Shown here: piece by piece, positions 36,630-51,042 of the stretch
How the letters are laid out: every line of letters begins with the position of its first letter
Numbering within the stretch: the stretch's first letter is position 1
Source of the DNA: Cycas panzhihuaensis
Lineage: Eukaryota > Plantae > Cycadophyta
Assembly: GCA_023213395.1 (NCBI GenBank)
Contig: CM041465.1
Span: forward strand, 216,573,741-216,637,740
DNA: 64,000 nt
Direction of reading: 5' to 3'
The notes under the pieces: generated by a model
Databases searched by the model: none
Told to the model about the DNA's origin: nothing
The model's input: only the letters and a program-made list of their open reading frames with translations
Made by a program: the position numbers and the translations under genes

Positions 36630-39600
36630 CTATTACAACATAATAAGCTAGTGGAAGAATGAATAATCTTCAATATTATATTGATAAATTATATATACTT
36701 ATACAAACATTCATGTTTATAAGTCCAATCATCTAAGAGAATCGCTAACACATCTGATAAAAATTACATGAATAATTGTGAGCATTTACATACTTCTTGA
36801 TGGTTCTTATATTTTAATAATAATAAATATGAGAGAGTTGGGGAATTTAATTAAACATTAAACTATATAATTAAATATCATACTAACATTCTCTTTTGTA
36901 ATATTTAATTATATAAAATATAATAAATGTCACATACAAAATATATTAAATCTTCCTTTATTATACCAACATTCTCTTCTAGAAATTTTCAAGAGGTTTA
37001 TCTTCATGAGCAAACACCACTATTTTAAGTCATTAATTTAAACAACTTCATTTTTAATGGTTCTTCAATCATCAACTATTTACTAACATTTATATAAAGG
37101 ATCCACCATCTACTAGTCTACATGAGTAATTAACCTCTATAGTTGGTAGTTTACTAAGAGTTTTGTTTTTTTATATCATTCATTAATAATGATAATATTT
37201 AATACACTAAAGGAATAAGCTAAATTACCTCAGTAGATGAATATACTAAAAACACAAGAGTAACTTAAATATCCTACCTCTTAGGTATGGCATTCAACAC
37301 ATCAAGTGTTTTTTGGTGAAAAAATGTAGCTTTAACCATTGGCATTTTGTTGAAAATATAAGTCAATATGGAAAAGTAGCTTCAAACTCCTACCTTTTAT
37401 AAATGATCTTTAGGAAATATAAAAGAATAACTTGAATTGTGACTTTTTTTTTTTCTCTCTCCAAAAAATCTTTTGACTTCTCTATTTAAAAAATCTCAAT
37501 TCCCATGACATCAATCAACCTTTTAAAAAAAAACCCTAAGTACTATCTCTCTTTTGAGTATATTTTCCATAAAAGGTACATTTGAAATCATTGAGAAATG
37601 ATCATAGAGCTAATATTTTATTATGTTAATAAAAATATGCTCAATTTTTAAAAAAAAATTAAACCCATAAAAGAATTACCCACACTTATCTTAGTTTTGA
37701 CCTTAATATCTACTTTAAAAGTAAATCAAGTAGGTATATGTTACAAATCTTATCAAAGGTATTAAAATGAGTTATCTAATACATCTTTCCAATCTAAAAT
37801 CTGATAGCATATAAGGAAGTTATAAAGAAAATGATGAGTATAGGTGCTAAAAAATAAGTATTCAGCTAAAATTTTGGACTTAGCCTCTTTTATATTTGGT
37901 ATTTGGTTATCTAAAAAAAAATATATGACTATATGCAAGTATTATGGGATAGACTTGAAATTGGTTTTTAATTGGATTAATTTTTTGTAAACTTTACAAA
38001 ATATATAAATATATTTCATTATTTTTAATGTTTATAGATTATGACTTGTGACCTGTGTTTAAATTTGAGATCAACTTTTGATCTCTTTAAAATATGTCTA
38101 TAATAATTTTAGAAATATGATTCATAATGAACATCTACATCTATAGTTTACATATTACCATTCTTAAGCTCATGGATATGATGCTCACAGTCCATATTCT
38201 CAAAGCACTGCATAGCTCTTTGGGTGTCTGTACAACCACATTTTAAACATTCATTGCACCGATCTTCAACATATATACTTCCTTGGAATCTATACATAAT
38301 AATATATGAAGTTACTTTGTGATTATGTCTACTATCCACTCAACTTAGCATCAAGTATTTCATCTTCTCTTTTAAGTTCAGTCTGCATAATATTTGAACT
38401 AAAATGATCTTCTCCCTCATGGTTTCTCAACGTCTATATTTGATGCTCACTCAACCACTTTATCTCAAGGCCCTATCACATGCTTAAGCTTATTAAGATT
38501 TAGCATTTGATGACTTTGATCTAAATGGACTTTGTGCTAGGGATTTATCCCTAATTTCTATGTTCTTACATTCTAGAAAACTCACATTTAATATTCAAGA
38601 TTAAAGAAGGAGGTTTTGGCATCTCACTTTTAACAACTCTTCTTCTTAGGTTTTATGATCTTTAATAGATTTAGCACTTATTACCTCAAATATATTATAG
38701 CTTCTTTTTCTTATGTGGGTTTTTGTAGTTGCTATGTTTTCAAATATTTCAAAATTTTCCAAAAGATATAGGCATTACAAGTTAGTCACGTTTTTCATTT
38801 GGTGTAGGGTTTAGCCATTCCAAGATTCTTCAACTTCAATGATCATATCTCAATATGAAAAACCTTATGGGTTTTCTTGCTTGTTTTTTTATAGTTCTTA
38901 TGGCCCCTTTACATGCTATATGTTTTCATATTGTCTTGACTACAATTCTTAATTTATGGGTTTCTTACACTAAATATATTTGACATTATGAGTTTAACTT
39001 TAAAATACTTGTATGTTATATATGGGCATACCACATACATATATATTAGTATACTAAATTAATATTCAAGAACGATCTCATTGTTAATTTAAGATCTCAA
39101 CATTAAGGCTCTTTGTAGACTTCACAACACAATGCATGTAGCCATTATTTGTTAAATCTAATATCGATTAAAAATAAAAAAAACATGAAATCTTGAATTT
39201 ATGACCCTCACTTTAAAACCTATATGTAAAATTTTTTTGGGCCAACATGCATAATAATATGTCATAAAAATAATTTCTCAAATTATTTTAAAATAGCTAA
39301 GTTTAATATAGAATATAAATAGCTAGCTTCATCATAAATAACTTGCTCTAATTCATTTATTAGCTATATCAGACATCAACACAATAGCTTTTACCAAATG
39401 GTTCCATTGGCTCTTATATTTTAGGAATAAACCCTCAACTCTAATATCTCAAAAATAAACTTTAAATTATGATCTTTCAGGAATAAACACCCAACTCTAA
39501 TATTTTAGGAATAAATCCTTAGCTCTGATATGTCAGAAACAAACCCTTAGCTCTAATACCAATTATCAGGAATATAAGATGAGTAATAATACTCTAATAT

Positions 39601-39964
39601 TACTTGTTGGTTATAAAATCATCATTGACAAGACATTAGAATATGACTAAATATTTATGATGAAATATAAAGAAATATAATAAAAATTAAGAGAAATAAA
39701 GTATGCATAAAATCACAACATAATAAGTTTGTGGAAGAATGATCAATCTTCAATATTATATTGAGAAATTATACATACTTATAAGAACATTTATCATTTA
39801 TGAGTTTAATCATCTAAGAGAACCATTAACACATGTAATAGAAATTACATGAATGGTTTTGAGCATCACTTCTTCACGCTACTTACATTTTAATAATGAC
39901 ATATATAAGAGAGTTGAGGGATTTAATTAAACATTTACCTATATAATTAAATATTAGACTAATA
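36630..39964 (-). mobile_element. Highly decayed LTR element (aligned LTR cores about 36630-36888 and 39710-39964)
   Basis: ~260-bp diverged direct repeats (GTGGAAGAATGA...CTATATAATTAAATAT); GCTCTAATACCA (iMet PBS on minus) at 39550-39561; internal coding not recognisable. Confidence 0.6.
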
Positions 39965-41617
39965 GATTCTAAAAGAAATATAAGTTATAGTTCAATAATG
40001 AAATCTAAAGAGTTATAATGAAATAAGTGATATTATTATAGACCTAAAAGGTGAGATGGACATGATGTTTTTAATGCAAAATCTTTCACATGTGATAGAA
40101 TAATTGATTTATACTCTACAAAACCTTAATGTACTAATTAAAGAATATCTATTGAGGGAAAATATTTGGTGCTTATATTGTCAAGCTTGTGGCTATTATA
40201 AGGAGGAATGTCTTTTATAAGACTTATAAAAAAGATTGGAATCAAACATAAATAAAAAATAGATGCATCATTATCAATAAATAAAAATGACTAACATTAG
40301 CCCTTGCACTAGGAAATCAATCAAGAGGTTAGTGGCAAAAGTTGAATTTACCAAGAAGATAATTTTATTACCATAATCCTAAGGTATATGGATATTTTAC
40401 TAAGGAATATTCTTAAAATATAGCTTAAGGAAGTTGCCTTAAATTATCAAGTTAGGATTGTCACATCTACAACTGGACCATACATAAAACTTATGATTAT
40501 AATTTTAATCTAGAAGCTAAATATGGAATCTATTAAGGAAAAAATAAGAAGAGGTTGAACATTGGCCCATAATTAAGGAAGGAAATGCAATCCTATAAGT
40601 AAAGAAATTAGCAACACATGTAAATAAATTACCCATTTAATAAATTGAGAGTTATTAGTTGCACCTTATGTAGAATTGGCAATCATAAAACAACTAATTA
40701 TTTAGTAATATTATAAAAGATAAATAGGAAAGATAAAGTTACATGTCACATGATAGTAGTATAAGCTTCCTAATCACCTTCATAGTTTAGACATAGTTGT
40801 AGATCACTATAACAAGTAGAAGCAAATTGGTTTATATGACAAGGTACAAGGGGAGTATGTAATAATGATAAATCTAAAGAAAACTATAGGATTATATGGT
40901 GACAACCTAAAGAAAAACTAAAGAAGTTTTAGGACCCAATGATTCAAAAATCGCAATCTAAAGATGCCTAGAAAGAAATAAGAATGTAGTACACATGCTT
41001 CTCTAGATAGGAAATGTTGCTACTTATAATTTTAAAAGTATTATGTGATTAAGTAAGAGATGTCCAAAATACCCATAAATTATTAGCATTGGCTAATTTG
41101 ATCATTCTATTGATTATATAATTGTTTAAAAAAACCTAGTTGATTTGTAATGACAAGAAACTAATATTCAAGAGGTGAAATAGATGACTTGAAGAATACT
41201 ATGAGAATCTAAAGGTTTATAACCATTAGTAGATATATGAATTTAAGATTTTCTATTGTAATATATAATAGCTTATTTTGGATCTCAAGTAAATGTGATG
41301 ATAAAGAAAACTTAAATCTAGTTAGTTTGACCAAAATTGGAGAAATATCCAATAGTAATTAAAATTCCCAATCAAAATTTGATTCTACTTCTTAGACAAT
41401 TAAAAACAATCTTATAACTTATTGTGACATATTAGTTGAGACTAATTTTAAAGTGGTTTCACTACCATTAGAAAGAGATGTCTACTAGTTATTAATAAGT
41501 AAGCCATAGAGGAGAAAGATAAGAGAAGCCCTATGTTTAAATTAATAACCAATGATATTCTAATAAGGAAATTAAGCTATGATTGTTATTGTGAATAGGA
41601 GATTTGAAAATAAAATA

Positions 41618-41754
<137 letters not shown>

Positions 41755-42119
41755 AGTAGGAGTTTAGGTTAATCACTTATGGTTAATGTTAAGTGGTGAT
41801 TAATTAATATTAAGCTAAAAGAAATAAATACCTAGAGTTATGACCATTAGTTACTACACCATTTAGGGTGTTATATAAACCCTTAGGTGCTGCTTATAAT
41901 AGGGGTTAACCATATCAATAAGGATGTATCAATCAAGATTAGAAGAAATGTAGTTGGCCATTTTTCCTATGTAAGTTTTTTTCTAAAAGGGTTTTCTTAT
42001 GTGAAATTATATATTATGTACTATTCTCTTTCAGATATACTTATATATGTATGATTAAGATCCTAATTTTTTAGAAATGCATGGTTTTTATTTCATGTTT
42101 CTTCATATAGTATTAGAGC
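41755..42119 (+). mobile_element. LTR-like segment ending in a degenerate iMet PBS
   Basis: TAGTATTAGAGC at 42108-42119 after ...TTCATA; motif TTTTTTCTAAAAGGGTTTTC resembles that in the copia LTRs of this window; no partner LTR seen. Confidence 0.5.
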
Positions 42120-45100
42120 TTAAAGGGTGTACATAGCTAAAACTACGATTGGGTGGCAGTTGCATCCATAGGAACCTAAACACTTGAGGATATTAATACT
42201 AGGAATAAACTAAATACAATCCTATAATTCCCTTTGGACATAACTTAGACTCGCTTTTGAATTGGTTTGGTTAGATTGGTCCTAAAGAAACTTTTTATGC
42301 CTAGGTTAGCATCTTACAATAATTAGGACTGGACAAACTTAAGTACACCTTAACTCTACTTAGTCAAATAACTTGTCCTTGCTTTAATTAAAACCTTCAA
42401 CATCCATGCCATGACCCTTGACTATATAGAAATATCCTTTCTTACTAGTCACTCACTATGTGATACTAGTAGGCACCATCATACATGATACTATATAAGA
42501 GATGTATGGTCTAATTTTTAGGGTCATGACCATGTCCTAAGATCTAGTATGTTAAGTCCTACTAGATGGAATATATAGATTTAACCACCCTACCTTATAC
42601 TTATCATATGGTTAGGGGCCCTAACCTAGCCCCTTCAAAGGGTACAATACTAGTTAATAGTGGAACCAATCTATTACCTACCTATATGGAACCACTACTC
42701 AACCATTTCCAATTTATTCTTTAACCAACATGCTTATGTAGACTTCTTAAGTGGGGCTTACCTCAATTGTCCATATACCTACCATTCTCTTTTAGAGTCA
42801 ACAAGAACCCTTGGGAGGCATATCCCCATCTTGGTATCCTGTAGTCCATATTTCTAACCCTGTTCCTTAGCTTATATATGGTGTAAATTTATGATTAGAG
42901 GCATATTATGGCTAAACCCCCATGTTCCACAAGGTTATAAACACTTACCCTTCCTTGGGAGCTAGTCCCTTTACCCATAAGTCCATGGCTTAGCCAATAA
43001 ACCCAAACCTATAGATTCTTAATCTAGGACTACAACCTACCTAGCTAAATATGGGCTTCCCACAATAAAGGTGATCCTAAATCATAACTAATTTCTTAAC
43101 ATATACCTCCTTCCCTCATGATGAGGAAATCATATCAAGATTACAAAAGAAACATGTTCTTATAAGAAGTCCTCGTGTACAATCTATGATGCTTCCTACT
43201 TGATCTCCTAAAGTTCAAACAGGAACCAAGACAAAATCCCATAAGCTATACTTAGGATTTCACTTTAGATTGTGTAGTTTTTCTCCCCTATGACCATGTC
43301 ATGATGAAGATCTTTCCAGAGACTTTACTAAGTGATCTATTAAAGTGGTTCTACATGTTGTCCTAGTCTTTTCCTTTTAGTAGTTGGTTGATATGTTCAT
43401 CAACTACTTTAACATAACTCATCCTTTTGAGATAGGGGTGAAAGCCCTTTTCTCCATTAAGCAAGGAGGCGATAAATTTATCCATGACTTTATTTATTAT
43501 TTCAAATACTTGGTTTATGTATGTCATACTACTCTTACTAATGATCTCTTATTTGATATTTTCACTAATGCCTTAAGACCTCGAGTCCACCTTGAAGTGC
43601 TCAAGATGGAACCCATGTCCTACAAGGGTAACATTAAGAAGTACTTTGCCTTGGAATCTTTTAAAATATAGTATAGATTTAAAAGTCAACTAAACCTCAT
43701 ATTACTAAGGATAAATATAAGCCCTCCTAGGAAATTAAACCTACTCATGGAAATAGGACATAGAGCCACCTCACCCTAGTAATAACAACTTTAGAGAGAT
43801 CCATCATATATAAACTAACCATCAATCTCTCTAGTAATGCTAAACCTAAAAAGGATGCCAACGTCATCCATTATGTTGAATAGATAATAGTTTAAATAAC
43901 TCAGTCTCATGAGAATAAAAGAGGATTATGGTGCTCCTATCATGGAGATAGTACCCATAACCAGTTGGATTTCTATAAATTTAAATAGTTGGATAAACAA
44001 TATTTTTCTATTAATCACAAAACCTCCCAACCAAATATAATCCTATTTATCCATGTGGACCCTTTCCCAAATCATCACAAGAAACAAAAGAGAAAAGGTT
44101 AAGTTGAGATAGAGAGTGAGTTAAGTAGCTCTGGGTTTGAGAGTGACAAAGTGTATACTTTGAATAAAGGTGGCATAAACTAGAAAAACCTATAAAACTA
44201 AAAGCCTTCTCTTAAGAAAGGTAGGCAGTAAAAGACCATTAATATGGTTAAAGCAATTGACATAGTAGTGACCACCAAGAGCTAAGCTAAGAACTTTAAA
44301 AAGGGCTTAACTTCAAAATTAGTATATCTATTGCTACATCTCCCCATCTAACCAATATAGGTGGATTTTAGAAGGCCCATTCCCATATCCCACAATGAGA
44401 AAATCATTTTCTATCATAGAGGGGCTTAATACAATGTTTGTCAAAATTTCCATCCTTGGTTTTAAAAAGAGTTTGCCTTAAGTAGAGTGAGATCTTATTA
44501 GAGACACTTGGTATGAAGCAACTTGGCTCTAACAAGCTCTATATTTCCTTTGATCCTTCTTAACTTAAAGGAGAAGGCAAAAAGGACCACAATAACATGG
44601 TTCCCTTCTATACTAATATCTAATTAAGGAATACAATGTAAAGAGGTGTATTATACATTTAGTGTCCTTAATAAATATAATACCTATTTAGACCCTATAA
44701 GCTTTGGAGATTTCTATGTTTGAGCCTCTTGATTAAGTGTGTCTGAGGTATGATAAGACCTATAAGGTTCCTATTAGGGAAGTAACCATGGCCTTTACCC
44801 TAAAAGCGAAGATAATCCCAACTAAGATGACTATCAAGGACCTAGACCTAGAATATTATATGTTATTAGGTAGACCCTAGTTAAGCTATATGTCAAAGTA
44901 TGTCCCTTATTATTTGGTGGGTTATAGCTCATTCATGATAATGAACTTATAGTGGTAAAGTAGAGATGTAAGTCCCATAATAAATCTATTCCCCTAATAG
45001 AGACCATCCTTTATGAAAGTGAGATAGATTCTCTTATCACCATGTTAGGATTAAGGAAGTATTTTTTCACTAAATCAATAAGGCTAAATGAGGAGGAAAG

Positions 45101-48100
45101 CCTTAGGGAGGTCCACATGGTCACCAAGGTTGTTTACAACTTGGACCATTTTGAGAATGATGAGGCCATCCTTAGGTACTTGTGAGGTTCATCCCCTATC
45201 CTTTCTCCTAATTACCATAAGCTTGGTTTCTCCAAATTTATCTAGCTTAACTCATATCTTATAATTAGAAACCAATATAGCTCTAAAATTTTCCCCTCCC
45301 ATTGATCATACACCTCTTTATTTTAAGGAAGGCAAAACCATGCTCTTTAGTAAAACTAATGATATTGACTTGGAGATTGATGACTAGCCTATGATCATTA
45401 AAGTTGAGGCTAAATGTTCCCTAGATGAGATCCATAAGCTTAAAAATTTATTGAGGAAGCTCTTTTCAATTTTTGTTTAGGACTATAATGATAGGAAAGA
45501 GATGAACCTTGATGTGGTAGTCCATAACATCATAACTACCATTAAAGCTAAGCCCAAATACCAGAAATAAAGGTCTCTTGACCTAGACTTTTAGCTACTA
45601 TAAATCTAGAACTTATTGATTCCATTAACTATCTCAAGTGGGTTTCTAATATTGTTCTAGTAGTAAAAGAAATAAGGCATCCAAATTTGTATCAATTTTT
45701 GCAACATTAGTGAAATGTGCTTAAAGAATAACTTCATGTTACCCTTTATCTATTAGATCCTTAACTAAATAGTTGGCTTCAAAATCATGTCCCTTATGAA
45801 TAGGTTCTTATGTTATAATTAGATTACTATTTTTCTTAAAGATCATCATAAGACTATGTTCACTACACCTTAGGATAATATTACTTATAAGGTTAATTCC
45901 TTCATGCTAAAGAATATAAGGGCTACATACCAATGTAGGATGCAATATATCTTCCATGATTTAATTGACAAGATAGTAGTCATTTACATAGATGATATGC
46001 TAGGTCTTCCCAAGAGTAGGTGAGATCATATTCATGACCTCAAGGTCATTTTTAAAAGATGCCAAAAATATTAGGTTCACCTTAATCTCTATAAGTGTGT
46101 ATTTACCATCATTATATGCAAGCTATTATGGAATATAGTATAGAAGGAGGGCATTAAGATAGATCTTAAGAAACTAAAAACCATCATTAAATTGCCCTCT
46201 CTTAAGACCTAAAAAATAATTTAAGTCCTTCTTAGGAAAATTAGGCTTTCTATGTAAGTTCGATACAAACTTTGCTTTAAATGACAATTCCTTAACTAAT
46301 ATTTTTAAGAAGGGTGTGCCTCTCACCTAGACTCCTATAATCTAAAGTCATTTGAATGGTTGAAAGAAGGCATGATCTCTACACCAACTTTATACCTACT
46401 AAGATTTGACTAGCTTTTCATCTTATACATCTCATCCATAGAAGTATCACATCGAGGCATACTCACTTAAGAGGATGACTTCAACCATGAAAGAGTCATT
46501 TACTTCATTAATAAAACTTTAGTGGCTTCTAAACTAAACTATGCCATAGTTAAAAAATATAACCTTGATTTAATTTTTGCTACTAAAAAGCTAAGGCATT
46601 GTTTGTTAGGCAACATTATATGAGTCATCATCTAAATGGATCCTATCAAACTCCTACTCATGAAAATTAACCTAATAGGTAATGTTAGAAAATGGAACCT
46701 ATTATTATAAAAGTTTGAGCTAAAGGTAGTAAGTTAGAAATTCAAAAAGATAATGGTTATAGCTAAGTATCTTATGACCATGCTTTTACCTAATACTTTG
46801 GAAAGGACCCCATTGATCCTCTTTCTGATGAACATGTCTTTCATGTCAAAACTACTAAATACAAGTTAGGAAGGTACAAAGATATCATTTGTTATCTTAA
46901 GACTTAAACCTACTCTAAGGAGACCTCTACTAAGAATATGAATATTATTAAATCTTTAGTGTTCTATTACATTATCATTGGTGACATCCTATATAAATTC
47001 TTCTTTGATGGAGTAATGCTTAGGTGTCCCTTCTTCTCTAAGACTCAAACTGTCCTAAAAGAGTACCATGATAGAATATGAAAAGGGTATTTATAGGGCA
47101 ATCCATCATTTAAAGAAGTTTATAAATGGGCTACTATTATCCAACCTTGTTTAAAGATGTCCATGCATATGTTCTTAAGTGTGAGAAATGTTAGGACCGT
47201 GCTAACTTGATCTACTAGCTTACCACTTGCACGAGAGAAATTATATCTCCTTGGCCCTTTTCTTAATGGGGCCTAAACTTGATTAGGATGATCTGGCCTA
47301 CATTTATATGGGGACACAAATTCATCCTAACTACCATGAAGTACTTTACCAACTAGAGCAAGGACAACCCAGTGATCACCATTACTAGCAAGGTTCATGT
47401 TATGCTTATCTATCAACAAATAATTTATAGATTTAGAGTCCTTAATATAATTATCATAAATAAACATCCCCTTTTTTACAATAAGGATATTGATGAACTA
47501 TATAAAAATCCTCAATTACATATAAGATGTCTTATCCATACTACCGATAAGCGAATAGACACGTTAAAGCCTTTAGTAAGATCCTAGTAAAGATTCTATC
47601 AAAGATTATGTATGTGTCACATAGAGATTGATATGTTTAACTATATAGAATCTCAATTTACATAGTCACTGGAATGATACCTTTCTCTTTGGTATATATT
47701 ACTGAAATAATGCTTCCCTTAGAAATTAAGATCCTAACTCTTAAGATTTTGCTTAAAGAATTTATAAATAAGGGTTGAATCAGAGAAGCATAATTATTGG
47801 AGTTAGAGAATATGGATGAAATACTAGTTAATTCCTACCAATATAACCTTTCTTCCTAAAAGAAGACACAAGCTATATATGATAAAATTTTATAACCTAA
47901 GAAGTTTTGGATAGGTGAGAAGGTTCTCAAGTTAGAATAAATATGTTATAGACATCACTAATTCATGCCTAAATAGGTGCGAATATTTCTCATATTCAAG
48001 GATTTGAATAATAGGGCCTATAATGTATAAAGTATGGATAATTTAAGGCTTAAAAAATTGGTTAACTACTGATACCTCTAGAAGTATTACACTTAATTTG

Positions 48101-48109
48101 AAAGGAAGG

Positions 48110-48338
48110 CTCATCTCTATAATGAGCCTATACTTTACCTATACTCTAAAATGAACTTAAACTACACTAAAGTCTATAATGAGTATAAACTAATTATACT
48201 CTAGCACAAGTATAAGCTATTGCAACCACTTTGCAATAAGTATAGACTTACCAAACACCTCCAGAAGTTTAAACTAGGTAATACCCTTTACAATGAGGTT
48301 AAACTACAACTCCCCTCAAATGAATAACTTGGGGGCAC
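48110..48338. repeat. Degenerate ~28-bp tandem repeats downstream of integrase
   Basis: Recurrent CTCTATAATGAG.ATAAACTA-like units ending at TTGGGGGCAC. Confidence 0.5.
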
Positions 48339-48520
48339 TTAACTCTATAATAAATATAAACTAGATAGTTCTCTAAACCATGGTGAGCTTAGTCTATAAT
48401 TATTCCTTTTTATTGTAATAAACTGAAAAAAATTAATATTTATGATATTATATATAATAAGGAGATAAAGGGATAAGGTGAGAGATATTTTTATACAACT
48501 TAAACTGATATGAGAGAATG

Positions 48521-48591
48521 AATATATATATATACATATATACATACACACACATACACACACACACACACACACATACACACACACACAT
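48521..48591. repeat. (AT)n/(AC)n microsatellite
   Basis: Directly visible. Confidence 0.95.
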
Positions 48592-49229
48592 AATAAAATT
48601 TTGAGTATAGCATGAATACATTAATGTATGGTCCCAAAATTTCCATGGGCATCAACAATGCTTTAGTAAGTCACTTTCCATACTCATGGAGTGGACACAT
48701 ACTTTGCTAAGATTATCCGCTTCCCCCTACTCCATTATTCGTTACTCCTATAAGTATTCTATTCTAGGGGTTTATCCTCTCTTATACCATTATTTCCCTA
48801 AGCCTTAGGAGATCTCTAGACTCCTTTGTTTAACTTTCAGCTTAAGCTTTGGGAGTTGTTGCTTTGTCTCACTAACCCTCTAACTAGTGACTTGAGAAAA
48901 TCCCTCTCAATCTCCAAATCTCATATCCACACCTATAACTCCCTCTATTTGGCTCAAATAACAAGCATAATATACTTTATTTATCTTCCCAAAAAGTAGG
49001 TTAACCCTCAATTTACATAAGAGGCATCCACAAACCATAGATAAATGGGAAGATCACATTGAGTGCCTACCATATGAATGTTCCCCACAATAATTCATCA
49101 CCTATAAAGGGCAATAATAAGTGGTAATTAGTTTATATCCATATAATATTCTCAAATCATAAGTAAATAACTAGAAAGAAAAACTAATAGAAAGTAATAC
49201 AAATAAAAAATAATAAGAAATAGCTCACC

Positions 49230-50173
49230 CTTGTTATCAGAGTCACTCCACATGATGTTATGATGATTAAAGGAGGAAAGGGAGGCCTCTAAAGTAATGA
49301 CCTTATGCCAAACCTTGTGTTAGTCCCCTCCCTTATTCTATCTATTTAGGTCATCATTACATCTACTAGCCATTATAACTACCCCCTATCCTCATTAGAG
49401 TCCCATCCAATCCCTATATATGGCTCATGGATATAGTTGGATAGTTTGAAGCATTCCAGGTCAATGGCATCTATTAATTAGGGCCTCACCTCATCATGTT
49501 GGTATACTAATAATCCTATATGCCACGTATTCATTATCTTATCAATGTGCCTAACTTTCCTATTTCCTCCTCTAAATGAATAAGAGGGAAGTGGTCAAAC
49601 ATCGAGTTTATTAGGATGGAGTAGTATGAGAAACCCTTGTTGCCTCTACTCCAAATGTTGGATAACTAGCCTATCATATTAGAGATAATGAGCAAGTTCT
49701 TATCATATCTCCTCTCTCACTTATACTACCTAATGAATGATACCAATCCCCTTGGGATACCTAAATAGTTCTAGGTCTTAGATATCTTAAAAATAATGAC
49801 TAGTACAATGACCTTCCACATTAGAGGGACCAATACTACATCTCTAATTATAGCCAATTAAAATTTTATAGGAGGTCCAATCTAATATGTGCTCACCTTA
49901 GCCTTAGTACTATTTGGGGGTATTGATAAATTTGCACACTCTATCCATAGTAAGACACTCCTAGGGTCTTCTTGATATCTCATGATATAATATGTAAGTC
50001 CCCAAGGGCCTTAAACTTGAATACTCTCACACTAGGCACTTAATGCCTCACTAGGTCCATAGTAGATGTATATCCATGGTGAGTTGGATGAAGTGGTATG
50101 CCTACAATAAACCATAATGGCATAAAACTTTGTAGTCTCCATTTATCAATATATCTAAGAGGAGAGTCAACAT
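49230..50173 (-). pseudogene. Decayed antisense PMD-like gene of the old Tat element
   Basis: Minus strand DIHLL/MDLVRH*VPSVRVFKF.../DLHIIS*DIKKTLGV and WKVIVLVIIFKISKT*NYLGIPRG...ISNMIG*LSNIWSRGNKGFSY align with the young element's DQRLLVDIVSHW..VFHL..DITITPGDIRRILGV and RKLILLCIQFQISQKQNYREIPGG...AANLVAQLDTIRRSG*GGFSY. Confidence 0.75.
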
Positions 50174-50402
50174 GCACTTTGCATTATTAAGGCTTTCAAT
50201 CTATGTCAATATTTACAAAGTAATAAGAGTATTAAAGTTTATATATTTATTATTACAAATAGTAATAATAATAATAATAATTAACTCACTATGGTGCCAT
50301 ACTATGATATTTGTTGGAGTTAATCGTCATCACTCTACTCCTACCTTCCAACTAAGATTGTATACCTCATCAACCTTATTTTACACATGTGGGTGCTCAA
50401 CA

Positions 50403-50796
50403 TGTGTAGGTAAATTAAGCTAAGTTAATGTTAATTTGAGTTAGTTTCATTTGAGTTAAGTTAGTATTATTTTATTGTTAATTTAAATTACAGAGGTTGA
50501 GGAGTTTCTCTCCTCCCCCAAAATTTTAAATATTGAGGGGTGTGCAACCCTTGTGTCTTTAGACACTGCCCTCATTTGAGAAATTTGTAATGCTCACTTC
50601 TCACAATGGCTTGAATACAATGCTTTCATGGTTTATACTACATTGCAACATCGATGTATTGAAGATTTGTATTATTGTATTGATCTATTGAAGTTTATTC
50701 TATGTTCTGCCCTATTCTCCTACTCTATTATTTTTTCAACATTTGGTATCAGAGCTACTTGGGGCTCCATTCTATTTCCAACATCTGGTATCAGAG
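50403..50796 (+). mobile_element. 5' LTR (about 50403-50741) with duplicated iMet PBS
   Basis: TG...TCAACA followed by TGGTATCAGAGC (50744-50755) and a second CCAACA-TC-TGGTATCAGAG (50786-50796); no partner LTR in the window. Confidence 0.65.
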
Positions 50797-51042
50797 TGGA
50801 TGATTACTGGTCTATTGAATTTTTTTCAAAGAAGCAAGAAGATTTTGAGGCAGATTTACTCAATGAAGCAAAATATTAGTTATACTTATTTTCTACACAA
50901 TTTTTTTAGCAAGTTTCTTATATTGTTTTATTAAGATTTACTTATTATTAAGTTATATTTAATAAATAACAGGGATATTTTAGATTTTTTCATATATTTA
51001 TGCAGATTTGTGAAGGATTTCAGTAGCAAGCCATATTTATCC

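Larger units (their letters stand above)
42500..50173 (+). mobile_element. Old, AT-eroded Tat-clade element internal region (gag-PR-RT-RH-INT plus antisense PMD-like gene)
   Basis: FTNALRPRVHLEVLKME (43384 ORF) matches FVNALRPEVHVEVLKME of the young element; RT YIDD at about 45985; RH and INT relics to about 48035; dense TAA/TAG/TGA stops; own LTRs not identified. Confidence 0.88.

Noticed and set aside
40000-41590. Possible gypsy gag/protease relic (WCLYCQAC..YKEEC at about 40165-40215)
   Set aside because: Too degraded to delimit or classify.
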